IMG/VR virus record: IMGVR_UViG_3300032335_000499
Direction: 5' to 3' (one strand)
From: a virus
Lineage: Duplodnaviria; Heunggongvirae; Uroviricota; Caudoviricetes
DNA: 64,000 nt
Made by a program: the position numbers and the translations under genes
Shown here: positions 9,443-19,151 of the stretch, piece by piece
How positions within the stretch are numbered: position 1 is the stretch's first letter
How the letters are laid out: the number at the start of each line of letters is the position of its first letter
Notes under the pieces: model-generated
Told to the model about the DNA's origin: nothing
Seen by the model: the letters and a program-made list of their open reading frames with translations, nothing else
Database searches by the model: none

Positions 9443-12014
9443 GGCAATTTTACAGATTTCTAAAATTCAACAACGTTCGGGTAATTTAGTAGACTTACCA
9501 CAACTGGACGATGCAGAGTTTGGTTGGGCGACTGATGCCAAACGACTTTTCATTGGTAAATCTACCCCTAACGAGAACATTGAAGTTCTTACTTCATACT
9601 CGCAGATTAATTTTAGTCAAATTAACGGTTCAGTTGGCAATTTAAATATCAGCAATGTCACTTTGGTTGACGGTCAAGTACTAGCCTATGATGGCAGTGA
9701 GTGGGTCAATAAGGGCGGGGATGCAGGTGGATTAATAACATTGGGCGATGTTTCTAATGTTAAGATCGACGGCGGCGCAATTGGTTATGTTCTTGAAACT
9801 GATGGAGTAGGTAATCTATCTTGGACACCTAAATCCAGTATTACTTCGTTTTTTGAAAACGTCACCAAAGCTGATCCAGCAGTAGTAACTACTACTCAGG
9901 ATAACTTTTTCACTCAGGGTGCATCAATCACTGTAACAAATGTTACTGGAATGACGCAACTTAATGGTAATGTATATTATGTAGATGTTCTCACTTCTAA
10001 TACTTTTGCACTTTATCATGATTCTGGCTTAGCAAATACAGTAGACTCTACTGGTTATGGTACTTTCCCCTATGCTACAGTTTCGGCAACCGACACTTTA
10101 ACAGATCAAATTACAGTATCCGATGCAACGCCCTTTACTCTAAATGACCCTGTTGTATTTACCGGTGATTTAGGTAATAGTACAATTGTTGTTGGTCAAA
10201 CATACTACGTTAAGACTAAAGACACATCAGCCCCAAATACTTGGATTACTATTTCAACGATTGCTGGTGGCAATACCTTTGATCCAGGTACAGAAGCAAG
10301 TCCGACTGGCGCAGCAGTGTATGTTCCGGGCGGTCGCGCCGTATCATTAGTATCAGGTGGAACATCTTCACTTGCAGCCGCAGGTACGCCTACTCAAATT
10401 CAATACAATGATACCAGTCTCTTGCAGGGTAATGCAGATTTTACCTATAACAATTCTACAAAATTATTAACTCTGAATGGCAATGCTAACGTAGGTAATT
10501 TAAATGCAACTGGTGTATCAACTGCTACCCGATTTATATCTAATATAGCTAACGGAACTCCTCCGCTACAAGTAACATCTGTTACCCGAGTATCTAACTT
10601 AAGCGTAGCATATTCTAACGTTTCAGATTTCGGTGTAGTGACTACGCAAACAACAGGTACATTCTATCCTGTTATGGTAAGTGCTAACACTAGTGCAAAC
10701 TATGCACTAGCATCTAACGCTAATATTTCATTCAACGCAGCAACCGGAAATCTTTCAGTAACTCTTTTGAATGCTTCTAGCAATGCGAACGTTGGTAACT
10801 TAGGAACTGCTGGATTAATCGTTGCAACTGGTAATGTTACTGGTGGTAATTTGGTAACAGGCGGCGCATTGAGTGTAACAGGTAATGCGAACGTCGGTAA
10901 CTTAGGCACAGCCAGAGTTATTGCTACTGGAAATATTAGCGGTACGCAGTTGATCAGCAATATTGCAACTGGCACTGCTCCTCTTGTAGTTACATCAACT
11001 ACTACTGTTGCTAACCTTGCTGCTGCAACAGCCACTACTGCTGGCACAGTGACAACAGCAGCACAACCCAATATCACTAGTGTTGGTACACTAACTTCAT
11101 TAGCAGTGACAGGTAATATTAGTGCAGGTAACGTAAGTGCTACAACATTCACCGGTGCACTAAGCGGCGCGGCGACAAGCGCAACTACTGCTGGTACTGT
11201 AACAACTGCGGCGCAGCCTAATATTACATCAGTTGGTACGTTAACAAGTTTAAGTGTCACTGGTAACATTAGTGCAGGTAATGTAAGTGCAACAACATTT
11301 ACAGGCGCATTGACTGGAGCAGCAAGTACAGCCGGTACTGTTACTACAGCGGCACAGCCTAATATTACATCAACTGGCACATTAACATCACTGGCAGTAA
11401 CAGGTAACATTAGTGCAGGTAATGTAAGTGCAACAACATTTACGGGTGCATTGACCGGAGCTGCAACTACTGCTGGTACTGTAACAACTGCGGCGCAGCC
11501 TAATATTACATCAACTGGCACATTAACATCATTAGGTGTAAGTGGAGCGTTAACTACTACGCAAATTACAGCAGGCGCAAACACTACAGCAGGTAACATA
11601 ACCGGCAACTGGACATTAACAACAGGTTCAAGCTTAACTGCTACTTACGCTGACCTTGCAGAATACTACGAAGCTGATGTAAAATATCTGCCTGGCACGG
11701 TGTTGATGTTTGGTGGAGAGAAAGAAGTCACTCTAGCAGATGACGGTACAAATAGAGTAGCAGGCGTAGTGTCTACTAACCCAGCATATGTCATGAACGC
11801 AACCTGTCCCGGACTACTGACCGCAGTAGCACTACAAGGTCGTGTACCATGTAAAGTTCGTGGCAAGATTAGTAAAGGCGACATGCTCATTTCAGGTGGC
11901 AATGGATTCGCAAGACCAAATCAGTTCCCTTCTATGGGTACGGTAATAGGTAAAGCACTGCAAGACTTTGATGGTTATGAAGGCGTCATTGAAGTAGCAG
12001 TCGGAAGATTATAA
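9441..12014 (+). CDS. tail fibre / adhesin-like virion protein
   Basis: Mtd-N-like start (QISKIQQRSG..DLPQL..AEFGW), four AAQPNITS[VT]GTLTSL repeats, C-terminal ADLAEYY...GVVSTNPA...GRVPCKV resembling the peptidase G2/IMC chaperone domain. Confidence 0.75.
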   Translation: MAILQISKIQQRSGNLVDLPQLDDAEFGWATDAKRLFIGKSTPNENIEVLTSYSQINFSQINGSVGNLNISNVTLVDGQVLAYDGSEWVNKGGDAGGLITLGDVSNVKIDGGAIGYVLETDGVGNLSWTPKSSITSFFENVTKADPAVVTTTQDNFFTQGASITVTNVTGMTQLNGNVYYVDVLTSNTFALYHDSGLANTVDSTGYGTFPYATVSATDTLTDQITVSDATPFTLNDPVVFTGDLGNSTIVVGQTYYVKTKDTSAPNTWITISTIAGGNTFDPGTEASPTGAAVYVPGGRAVSLVSGGTSSLAAAGTPTQIQYNDTSLLQGNADFTYNNSTKLLTLNGNANVGNLNATGVSTATRFISNIANGTPPLQVTSVTRVSNLSVAYSNVSDFGVVTTQTTGTFYPVMVSANTSANYALASNANISFNAATGNLSVTLLNASSNANVGNLGTAGLIVATGNVTGGNLVTGGALSVTGNANVGNLGTARVIATGNISGTQLISNIATGTAPLVVTSTTTVANLAAATATTAGTVTTAAQPNITSVGTLTSLAVTGNISAGNVSATTFTGALSGAATSATTAGTVTTAAQPNITSVGTLTSLSVTGNISAGNVSATTFTGALTGAASTAGTVTTAAQPNITSTGTLTSLAVTGNISAGNVSATTFTGALTGAATTAGTVTTAAQPNITSTGTLTSLGVSGALTTTQITAGANTTAGNITGNWTLTTGSSLTATYADLAEYYEADVKYLPGTVLMFGGEKEVTLADDGTNRVAGVVSTNPAYVMNATCPGLLTAVALQGRVPCKVRGKISKGDMLISGGNGFARPNQFPSMGTVIGKALQDFDGYEGVIEVAVGRL
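10881..11535 (+). repeat. intragenic fibre repeats (TAGTVTTAAQPNITSxGTLTSL x4)
   Basis: Visible in translation and DNA; same unit as in 33595-38580. Confidence 0.85.
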
Positions 12015-12024
12015 GGATAATAAA

Positions 12025-12543
12025 ATGGCATCTTACGTATATACAGGTAATGCAGTATCACAGCAATCAGCTAATATTGCTACAGACAAAATTAGAATAT
12101 CAACTACAGGCGTAGCTATTCACGCCGTAACAGGCTATCCTAGAGTAGCCGGTACTGGAACAGCCACAGCAGCAACTAACTCAGTAACAGTTACTGGTGT
12201 AGGAACTGCATTTAACACTCAGCTAGAAATCGGCGCTTGGATAGGAAATACCACTGGAACAACAGTAGGAATTGTAGCAAATATTGCTAATGCTACTAGT
12301 TTGACGCTAACTGCAAACGCAGGAGTAGCCCTATCAAATGTTGCATACACTTTTAATAATGCAGGTGTTCCTTACGCAATTGCTACCCAGCAGTCAGCGA
12401 TTTATTCTGCTAATGACAGCTATAATAGCGTTTATTGCGGTCAAGGCAACGTAGTGGCGTTCCTTACAACAGGCGGCGGAGCCGGATCAGAATTCAGTAT
12501 TACAGAATTAGGCATGCCACATGCCAATACAGGTACCGAATAA
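12025..12543 (+). CDS. virion structural protein
   Basis: A/G/T/N-rich beta-type sequence in the fibre operon. Confidence 0.6.
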   Translation: MASYVYTGNAVSQQSANIATDKIRISTTGVAIHAVTGYPRVAGTGTATAATNSVTVTGVGTAFNTQLEIGAWIGNTTGTTVGIVANIANATSLTLTANAGVALSNVAYTFNNAGVPYAIATQQSAIYSANDSYNSVYCGQGNVVAFLTTGGGAGSEFSITELGMPHANTGTE

Positions 12544-12556
12544 TTTCGCAATAAAG

Positions 12557-12640
12557 CTAAATACATTGTAACGTTCTCAATGAGGAGAACTTATGCAGTA
12601 CCCACTGCGTAGCGACTAGAACTCGCTTTTCAAAGGAGAA
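12557..12640 (+). promoter_or_regulatory. late promoter CTAAATA and structured 5' leader
   Basis: CTAAATA 12557-12563 then three adjacent hairpins before the AAGGAG RBS. Confidence 0.6.
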
Positions 12641-12645
12641 AACAA

Positions 12646-13944
12646 ATGGGTAGACCACTAAAAATTGCTAAATCACAGGCAGTCATTACTATTACTGCAA
12701 CTGCTGCTGCAACGGATATCGTAACAACTTCAGCAAACTTCACTAATCTCGGCATCATTGCAGGTATGCCATTCGTAACCGCATCTAACGTTGGCGGACT
12801 AATTGCTGGCACACTCTACTGGATTCTTCAAGTAGTAAATGCTGGAAATAACAGTACATTTACTGTTTCTGCAACTCCACTAAACGCTAACCCAACTTCA
12901 GCTAAGGTTGACTTGTCATCTACTTCAGGTCAAACTATTGCAACTACTGTTGCTCCAGTTGATATGTATTTCAACAATCCAAACGGTCCTCAGTGGCCAG
13001 CAACAAACGCAAACACTTACTCAGTAGTCGGTGGCAACACTGCACAATACGGTAAGCAAGTACTTGCTAACGTTGGATTTGGTGTTCAAGGTACAGGTAC
13101 ACAATTAGCAAGTACAAGTAGCAATGTTATAGTTGGTTTAGGTACTGACTTTGCTAATATCGCTAATGGTACAATTATCTTTGCTCAGTATGGAACAAAA
13201 GGTTACGGTGCTAATACAGTAATAGGAACAGGCGCTGTAACATTAATAGGTACAGTTGCCGACAACGTTGGTGATGTAACAGTAGCAGTCGCTAACTCAA
13301 CTGCAACAGGTAACGTCATTCGCACAAGTGGAAATGCACAGACACTTGTGTTGGACGGCGCAGTAACTTTTGATACAGCATTCGGCGGACTATCAGCAGA
13401 TACAGCTTACTTTGTCAAAACAATTGCCAATGCGACAGCATTCACTGTTTCTGCAACACCAGGTGGTGCACCACAAGCAGTTACATCAAACGCAAGTGTA
13501 ACAGCAAATGCTATTCAGCAACAACTAGTGTTGGATGCTGATGCGGCAAATAATAGCACGGGTGTAAGTGGTGCAGGTGATACATTCATTCAAGTATTAC
13601 CAGAAGCAGGCTACATTGTTCGTCAAAAGGGCAAGCAGAAGTATCTCGTAACAGGTACTACAACTGGTCTAACTGGTGCAGTTTATACTGCTAACGTTGC
13701 AAATACTGCATTGCTTCCAAACACAATGACAATCACTGCAACTTATGCTAACTCAGGTACTGTTAATGTTCAGAGCCTCAGCGATCACACTGCTGAACTC
13801 TTTACTGCAACATCTGGTCCAGTTGCAACAGGTAACATCGTATTGCAGAACGCTAACCCAGCATTCTCAACATTCAATGCTGCCGCTGCTGCAAATGCAA
13901 ACCCAGGTCAGCCTTACCCAATTGTACAAATTGGCAACGCATAA
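12646..13944 (+). CDS. virion structural protein (MGRPL start)
   Basis: A/T/N/G-rich, two beta modules, GYIVRQKGKQKYLV motif. Confidence 0.65.
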   Translation: MGRPLKIAKSQAVITITATAAATDIVTTSANFTNLGIIAGMPFVTASNVGGLIAGTLYWILQVVNAGNNSTFTVSATPLNANPTSAKVDLSSTSGQTIATTVAPVDMYFNNPNGPQWPATNANTYSVVGGNTAQYGKQVLANVGFGVQGTGTQLASTSSNVIVGLGTDFANIANGTIIFAQYGTKGYGANTVIGTGAVTLIGTVADNVGDVTVAVANSTATGNVIRTSGNAQTLVLDGAVTFDTAFGGLSADTAYFVKTIANATAFTVSATPGGAPQAVTSNASVTANAIQQQLVLDADAANNSTGVSGAGDTFIQVLPEAGYIVRQKGKQKYLVTGTTTGLTGAVYTANVANTALLPNTMTITATYANSGTVNVQSLSDHTAELFTATSGPVATGNIVLQNANPAFSTFNAAAAANANPGQPYPIVQIGNA

Positions 13945-13954
13945 GGAATAAACG

Positions 13955-14272
13955 ATGGCTCAGGCTTCTACAGTTCAAAAGATTAAAGAGACTGAGACCG
14001 AAATTGCAGTCCTTCAGGTACAGTATGGATATCTAAATGAAAAAATGGATGATATCAAAACTGACCTGAAGGACTTGCGCTCTCATATTGATGGCCATGC
14101 CCTCGCAGCACAACAACTCATTACAAATTTTCAAGAAGAAAATAAAGAACAACACGCAAAGGTTGAAAAGAAAGTATCTGCTCTAGAAAAATGGAGATGG
14201 ATGCTTATGGGAGCTGGTGTATTAGCTGGGGCATTGGGATGGCCTACTCTAGAAAAATTACTCGGTATCTAA
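13955..14272 (+). CDS. coiled-coil protein with C-terminal TM helix (XhlA/holin-like)
   Basis: Heptad region then LEKWRWMLMGAGVLAGALGW. Confidence 0.55.
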   Translation: MAQASTVQKIKETETEIAVLQVQYGYLNEKMDDIKTDLKDLRSHIDGHALAAQQLITNFQEENKEQHAKVEKKVSALEKWRWMLMGAGVLAGALGWPTLEKLLGI

Positions 14273-14674
14273 TCAAGTAAGACTATTCAACTTTTCAATT
14301 ACAATATCAATATTCACAGTAGAAAATAATCCGGGGTGTAAAGGCTTCGGATATTGTCCTTCTGTTACCCAGGCATAACCGACATGCTCATCATTCAATG
14401 CAGGAATAAATTCTTCTTCGACTTCACAGAAAAAAGTATGATATACAAATGCGTTGTTCACAAACTTCTGAATGGGTATTAATTTTAGTTCAGAAATATC
14501 AAATTTCATTTCTTCATCGCATTCTCTTGCAATACCCTCAAACAATGTCTCATCTTGTTCAATGCCCCCACCTGGTATACTCCATGTAGGACTTCTTGAG
14601 TCAGTTCTTAGCAAATAAAGATAACGGTGAGTAGATTTACTGTAAAAGAAAACGCCGGCAGCTTGATGGGTCAT
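14273..14674 (-). CDS. NUDIX hydrolase
   Basis: PGGGIEQDETLFEGIARECDEE Nudix box; LNDEH...W. Confidence 0.85.
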   Translation of the reverse strand: MTHQAAGVFFYSKSTHRYLYLLRTDSRSPTWSIPGGGIEQDETLFEGIARECDEEMKFDISELKLIPIQKFVNNAFVYHTFFCEVEEEFIPALNDEHVGYAWVTEGQYPKPLHPGLFSTVNIDIVIEKLNSLT

Positions 14675-16047
14675 AAAACTATACTATAATCACCTTGCTC
14701 ATACCAACCCTCGTAAGATTTCATCCACATACCTTCTGAAGGAACATATCTATACTGTACGTTTGTAGTGAGATTGGTTACAAATTCTACGTTATTAGCG
14801 TTGATACTATCAAATGAAACTTGCCATTCGCCAGCGTTAGCATTATATTGGATGATATCGTTAGCATACGCTACTAGATCGCCCCAAGCTACAGTAGTAT
14901 CTCCTTCAGAACCAATGTCCTCTACAATAAGATATCTTACACCTGGAGTAGGTCCGGGCAATCCTGCATTAGGTGCAGTCAATTGAGGATTAATAACGCT
15001 GGTTACCGGGGACATTGTGTTTTGCGGCAGCGTATCAGGGTCAATGCTATAAATTAAGTATCTATCGTCAAGTGGATCAGGTACAATAGTTCCTACAATG
15101 TCATCTGCGATATATGGATTCTGTAGCCAAATCTGACTAATACCAGGCTTTACTGCTCCGTATACGTTAAGCAAACTAGCCCAGTATAAGCTAGTGTTTG
15201 GATTAGTAGGTTGTTCTAGTGATGAATTAGGAGGATAGAGTGCTTCGTTTGCAGGTAGTAACTGTAGTTGATTACCTTGCAGTAGTAATTTATATCCGTA
15301 TGGGGTAATCTTTTGCCGAGTTCCCAGTAATAAATCGTCATCTTGCATATCTTGGAAAGCATTACCTTTAAAAATAGAAGCGATAACTTTATGAATCACT
15401 CCCATCTTCTTAAGCTTACTTGACGTTGTAATCCAAATCGGCATATAGAATTTCCAAGTCATAACATCAATTGGATTTCCGGTACCTTGTGGAATGCTTC
15501 TACTTGAGAACGTCAACCCATCTTGATACACTACTGTCAATGAAGTCCAGTCTACAAAGTTGTCAGTGCTTTGAATATCTAATGCAGGGTTAAACAGTAC
15601 CCCAAGCTGCTCAATTAGTTCTAGCTTCTGTTGATAATTTGTAGTCCAAAAATCAACAGTAATTCTTAATTTATACGGAACAGGCATCATTCTTTCTAAT
15701 GTAAATGCTTGCCCTTGAGTCTGTTCGAATTCACCGGTGTCTTGATTAACTGCACGTTGACGAATTTGCATTTTATCTACGAAGAATGGGTCTTGTGTTC
15801 TGCTTTGTTCGTACTCTAGCCCACTAACATAATAAGTAATCATCGGCGCTGAGGGCAAGTTACTAGCACTGTTATTAGCAATAATAGTGGCAGCTTGTCT
15901 ACTACTATCACCATACATAATAGGAACTCTAACAAGAATTTCATTACCGTTAGGATCTTTGCCTCTGGTGACATACCAATTGCTAAAAATCTTAGCAAAT
16001 TGAATTAGAAATCTTCTAATCTGATTATCGTAAAAGAAGGCAGCCAA
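14671..16047 (-). CDS. gp15: tail sheath stabiliser / tail terminator (gp15-like) with C-terminal extension
   Basis: FFYDNQIRRFLIQFAKIFS...VPIMYG...PVPY...LIEQLGVLFNP; TTG start with AAGGA RBS 8 nt upstream. Confidence 0.75.
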   Translation of the reverse strand: MAAFFYDNQIRRFLIQFAKIFSNWYVTRGKDPNGNEILVRVPIMYGDSSRQAATIIANNSASNLPSAPMITYYVSGLEYEQSRTQDPFFVDKMQIRQRAVNQDTGEFEQTQGQAFTLERMMPVPYKLRITVDFWTTNYQQKLELIEQLGVLFNPALDIQSTDNFVDWTSLTVVYQDGLTFSSRSIPQGTGNPIDVMTWKFYMPIWITTSSKLKKMGVIHKVIASIFKGNAFQDMQDDDLLLGTRQKITPYGYKLLLQGNQLQLLPANEALYPPNSSLEQPTNPNTSLYWASLLNVYGAVKPGISQIWLQNPYIADDIVGTIVPDPLDDRYLIYSIDPDTLPQNTMSPVTSVINPQLTAPNAGLPGPTPGVRYLIVEDIGSEGDTTVAWGDLVAYANDIIQYNANAGEWQVSFDSINANNVEFVTNLTTNVQYRYVPSEGMWMKSYEGWYEQGDYSIVL

Positions 16048-16062
16048 AACATAATTCCTTGC

Positions 16063-16128
16063 ATAAATAGTTGTGAGTCACGGTATTGGAACTACCCACT
16101 CACTCTAATGCTATAAAGGAGCACCAGC
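16063..16128 (+). promoter_or_regulatory. late promoter and structured leader of endonuclease gene
   Basis: ATAAATA 16063-16069; GTGAGT/ACTCAC and GGTA/TACC stems; TGCT/AGCA stem around the RBS. Confidence 0.55.
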
Positions 16129-16830
16129 ATGATTATTTATCTATATCACAAACGTCATCTTAAAACAGGACTTAATTACTTTGGCAAAACGACATCTGAA
16201 CCGTATACCTATGCGGGATCAGGAAAATATTGGAAACGACATTTAAATAAGCATGGTCTAGACATAGAGACTGTTTCTGTTTGGGAATTTCAGAATCAAG
16301 AAGATTGCACTGACTTTGCACTAAGATTTTCTACAGAAAATGATATAGTTGAGTCTAAAGATTGGGCCAATTTAAAAGCCGAAAATGGTAAAGATGGTGG
16401 CGATCCTGGACCAGCAGGACGGAAAAAAATTGCTGAAGCGCATGTCGGTAGAAAACACTCAGTAGAACAAAATAAACAAAAAAGCAACCGACAAACTGGA
16501 ATAAAGCGTTCTCCTGAATATCTTGCAAAAAAGGTAGGCAAGAAATATAAAAAATCAAAAGAAAGAACCGCACCAAATAAAAATAAAGGAAGACCTTTGC
16601 CTAAAGCTTGGGTAGAGAAAAGTGCAACCTCTAGAAGAGGGATGAAATACAATATAGTGACATGTCCTCACTGTAATAAACAGGGAGGGTCATCATCAAT
16701 GCCTAGATGGCACTTTGATAATTGTAAACTAAAATCTTATACTACTGGGGGAACAGGGGGTAGCGTCGGCTGTAATACCGACGATAGTGGCTGTGCCTGC
16801 GGAACAAATGTTCCTTCACTATTTAGATAG
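16129..16830 (+). mobile_element. free-standing GIY-YIG (Seg-like) homing endonuclease with NUMOD3-like and CxxC tail
   Basis: IYLY...NYFGKT...YAGSGKYW, ANLKAE, HSVEQNKQKS, CPHC...RWHFDNCK; inserted antisense between gp14 and gp15. Confidence 0.75.
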
Positions 16831-18461
16831 ATTTCTTCTTGATCATTAATAAATCCTGATAGTTGCGATTTATCCTCGACAGTGAATCCAGTCTCAGTTC
16901 TTACGTTCTCACTGATTCTAACCCAAATTCTACCGTCCCAACGATACAATAGCTGGGGATTGTAGTCTATGCGTAAGAAATAGTCCCCGACTTGCGGATT
17001 CTGCGGAAACGCAATACCAGCGCCAGTCGGATAACCATTAGGTGCTTGACCGTCGCCAGTAAGCATTCCTGCTGAGTAACCAAATGATCTAGGACTCGAA
17101 CGAACAATAAACTGATATCTAGGATCACAGTCTGCACGATAGTCCATTTGCTGAGTAATGTCACCGGTGAATCCGGGTAGTTCAGGATTTTGATCTGCGG
17201 TAGCATAGGTATTATCAGCAGTTCCGTATGGTCCGTCGATGATGCCAAACGATTGCACTGATAATAGCTTAGTAGTTTCTACTGAACCAGAACCACTTCC
17301 GATTCTTTCTGGAGCCTGCTCGACCATTTCTAAACTTGCTTGTACGAATTTATTAATTTTGTCATCCATTGACATATGGTCACTATCTGCGGTCATATCC
17401 CAAATAGATTGCAGTGCATTTTTTGATACTTTGATGCCTGCACTTGCATATTTGTACTTTGGATTACGCATATAGACAACCTGCCCAGACGGTGATGTAT
17501 TGCTAGTTGTAGGAATTGTGTTAACATCAATTGGCGGCGCAGGTTGATTATACTTACCGGATAGTGTAGTGTTTGACTCGTACTCGCCGTATGTTGGAAC
17601 AACATATAGCTTACTAGTATCGTATCCTGCTTTGGGTACTAACCTCTGTGCTTCTCGTAGTGCAGCATCATTGATTGCGATGTTCTTACTATAGGTTGAG
17701 AGAATACTAGCCAAACTATCATTTTCCTTTAGCAACCAATATGTTGGGTTAGGAGGACTAATTCCAATCGGAACTTCTATAATTGATTCGTAAATTTTGT
17801 CTCCGAACGCAATAGTATAGCCCGGTGGATAAGTTCTATCCTTATCCCAATCACCGAGATAGTTGTCTTGATTGATCGGCTCTTTAAGAATGTCAGTAAA
17901 TTCTTCACTGTTGACAAGTGGTTCACACTTAATACGCCATAAGTGAGGATACCAAGTTTGACTAAAGCCCTCACTTGCATAGTTACTATCCGTAATTTGA
18001 TAGAATCTCTTTAATGCAACTGGAATAGTTTCGTTGAGTGGATTGTAATCAAGTAAGTGCGGAAGTTCCAGTACGTCACCGACCATAAGTTTTCTACCTA
18101 CAAGATCTATCATATCGTTGTAGTGGACAGTGATAAAGATGATATCATTATTCAGGAACAGCCCGAATTGGCTTAAGTCAAAATCTAAGTTCTGTACGTT
18201 ATAGTGACCACGTAAACGATAGATATCTTTGTCATACTTTCTATCTCGGTTCTCTAAGAACAACAAGTCTTGAATGTTTAATGGGTCTAGCGTATCATAG
18301 TTGGGCTGAGTAAAATCAGTTGAAGTATCACCTGTTGCTGGACCTAAATATTTGTGAATATATAGGTCTGTGCCGCCCACGGTGAATTGCTCGGCTATCG
18401 TTCTGTCTAGAAAGCGATAGTCGTTTTGTTTGTTCGAACGATATAAACTTAACTTTGGCAT
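16737..18461 (-). CDS. gp14: neck / head closure protein (gp14-like), extended
   Basis: IQDLLFLENRDRKYD, LSQFGLFL, GDVLELPHL, WRIKC; upstream of gp15-like; start placed at ATG 18461 (MPKLSLY) by the late promoter. Confidence 0.65.
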   Translation of the reverse strand: MPKLSLYRSNKQNDYRFLDRTIAEQFTVGGTDLYIHKYLGPATGDTSTDFTQPNYDTLDPLNIQDLLFLENRDRKYDKDIYRLRGHYNVQNLDFDLSQFGLFLNNDIIFITVHYNDMIDLVGRKLMVGDVLELPHLLDYNPLNETIPVALKRFYQITDSNYASEGFSQTWYPHLWRIKCEPLVNSEEFTDILKEPINQDNYLGDWDKDRTYPPGYTIAFGDKIYESIIEVPIGISPPNPTYWLLKENDSLASILSTYSKNIAINDAALREAQRLVPKAGYDTSKLYVVPTYGEYESNTTLSGKYNQPAPPIDVNTIPTTSNTSPSGQVVYMRNPKYKYASAGIKVSKNALQSIWDMTADSDHMSMDDKINKFVQASLEMVEQAPERIGSGSGSVETTKLLSVQSFGIIDGPYGTADNTYATADQNPELPGFTGDITQQMDYRADCDPRYQFIVRSSPRSFGYSAGMLTGDGQAPNGYPTGAGIAFPQNPQVGDYFLRIDYNPQLLYRWDGRIWVRISENVRTETGFTVEDKSQLSGFINDQEEIYLNSEGTFVPQAQPLSSVLQPTLPPVPPVV

Positions 18462-18466
18462 ATAGT

Positions 18467-18473
18467 TATTTAT
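18467..18473 (-). promoter_or_regulatory. late promoter ATAAATA (leaderless)
   Basis: Reverse strand ATAAATA-ACTAT-ATG. Confidence 0.7.
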
Positions 18474-18478
18474 CGGAA

Positions 18479-18516
18479 AAAAAAGGTTGACATGGTTACC
18501 CAAAACTGTTATAAGA
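18479..18516 (+). repeat. 38 bp direct repeat copy 1 = sigma70 promoter
   Basis: AAAAAAGGTTGACATGGTTACCCAAAACTGTTATAAGA; TTGACA-N17-TATAAG with TGn. Confidence 0.85.
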
Positions 18517-18550
18517 GTATATCAGCAACAGAAATGAAAAGTTGAGTATC

Positions 18551-19102
18551 ATGAAAATTAAAACTTCAGTCGAAAAGATCATCGTTTCTATGAATGATCG
18601 TCCTCGCTGTATTACACCTGGTTGTAACAACGCCGGGCAGCTAGTAAATCGTAATGTTTTTGGTCAGCCAATCTTCCGCTCATATTGCAGTTCGTGCCAC
18701 ACTAAGCGCCGGATTCGATTCCAAGAGAAACTGGCAGCTACTGACCGCCGGTCTGCTCCATGTTGTTCTGCTCCCGGATGCCGCAAAAAAACGAGTATAT
18801 CCGGCACAAACCGAAAAGGTGAACTTAAGTTTACTACCTATTGCCCGGAACATGTGGGGCTTGCTTCTGCACACCTTGCATTTCGTAAAACATATTGTGA
18901 AAATCTTGACAGCCGATTTGGGTTTACTTGCACAACTACCATCATGCTAATGGCACAACTTGAAGTTGATCATATTGACGGTAACCCGTACAACAATGAT
19001 CCAAATAATTTACAAACACTTTGCAGTTGCTGCCACAAGTATAAAACAATTACTAATCGTGATTATGCTACCCCGGGTAGAAAAAAGCTGAAAAAAGGTT
19101 GA
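18551..19102 (+). CDS. HNH endonuclease with N-terminal Cys/His zinc-finger repeats
   Basis: CITPGC...YCSSCH, CSAPGC...YCPEH, LEVDHIDGNPYNNDPNNLQTLCSCCH. Confidence 0.8.
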   Translation: MKIKTSVEKIIVSMNDRPRCITPGCNNAGQLVNRNVFGQPIFRSYCSSCHTKRRIRFQEKLAATDRRSAPCCSAPGCRKKTSISGTNRKGELKFTTYCPEHVGLASAHLAFRKTYCENLDSRFGFTCTTTIMLMAQLEVDHIDGNPYNNDPNNLQTLCSCCHKYKTITNRDYATPGRKKLKKG

Positions 19103-19128
19103 CACGGTTACCCAAAACTGCTATAAGA
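19091..19128 (+). repeat. 38 bp direct repeat copy 2 = sigma70 promoter
   Basis: 36/38 identical to 18479-18516. Confidence 0.85.
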
Positions 19129-19151
19129 AGACTATAGCAAGGAGATAGTGT

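Noticed and set aside
10700-11608. 302 aa minus-strand ORF (also 33810-34166, 34944-35456, 36462-37022, 37866-38252)
   Set aside because: Antisense shadows of Ala/Thr/Gly/Asn repeat-rich fibre genes; no RBS or promoter
9441-12014. Possible diversity-generating retroelement target (Mtd-like N-terminus)
   Set aside because: No reverse transcriptase in the window and no template/variable repeat pair differing only at adenines; repeat differences are synonymous third-position changes
12569-12630. Self-cleaving ribozyme or known riboswitch
   Set aside because: No hammerhead, twister or riboswitch consensus recognised; kept only as an unnamed structured leader
16129-16830. Group I intron around the endonuclease
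   Set aside because: Flanking genes are complete and the flanks are too short for an intron core
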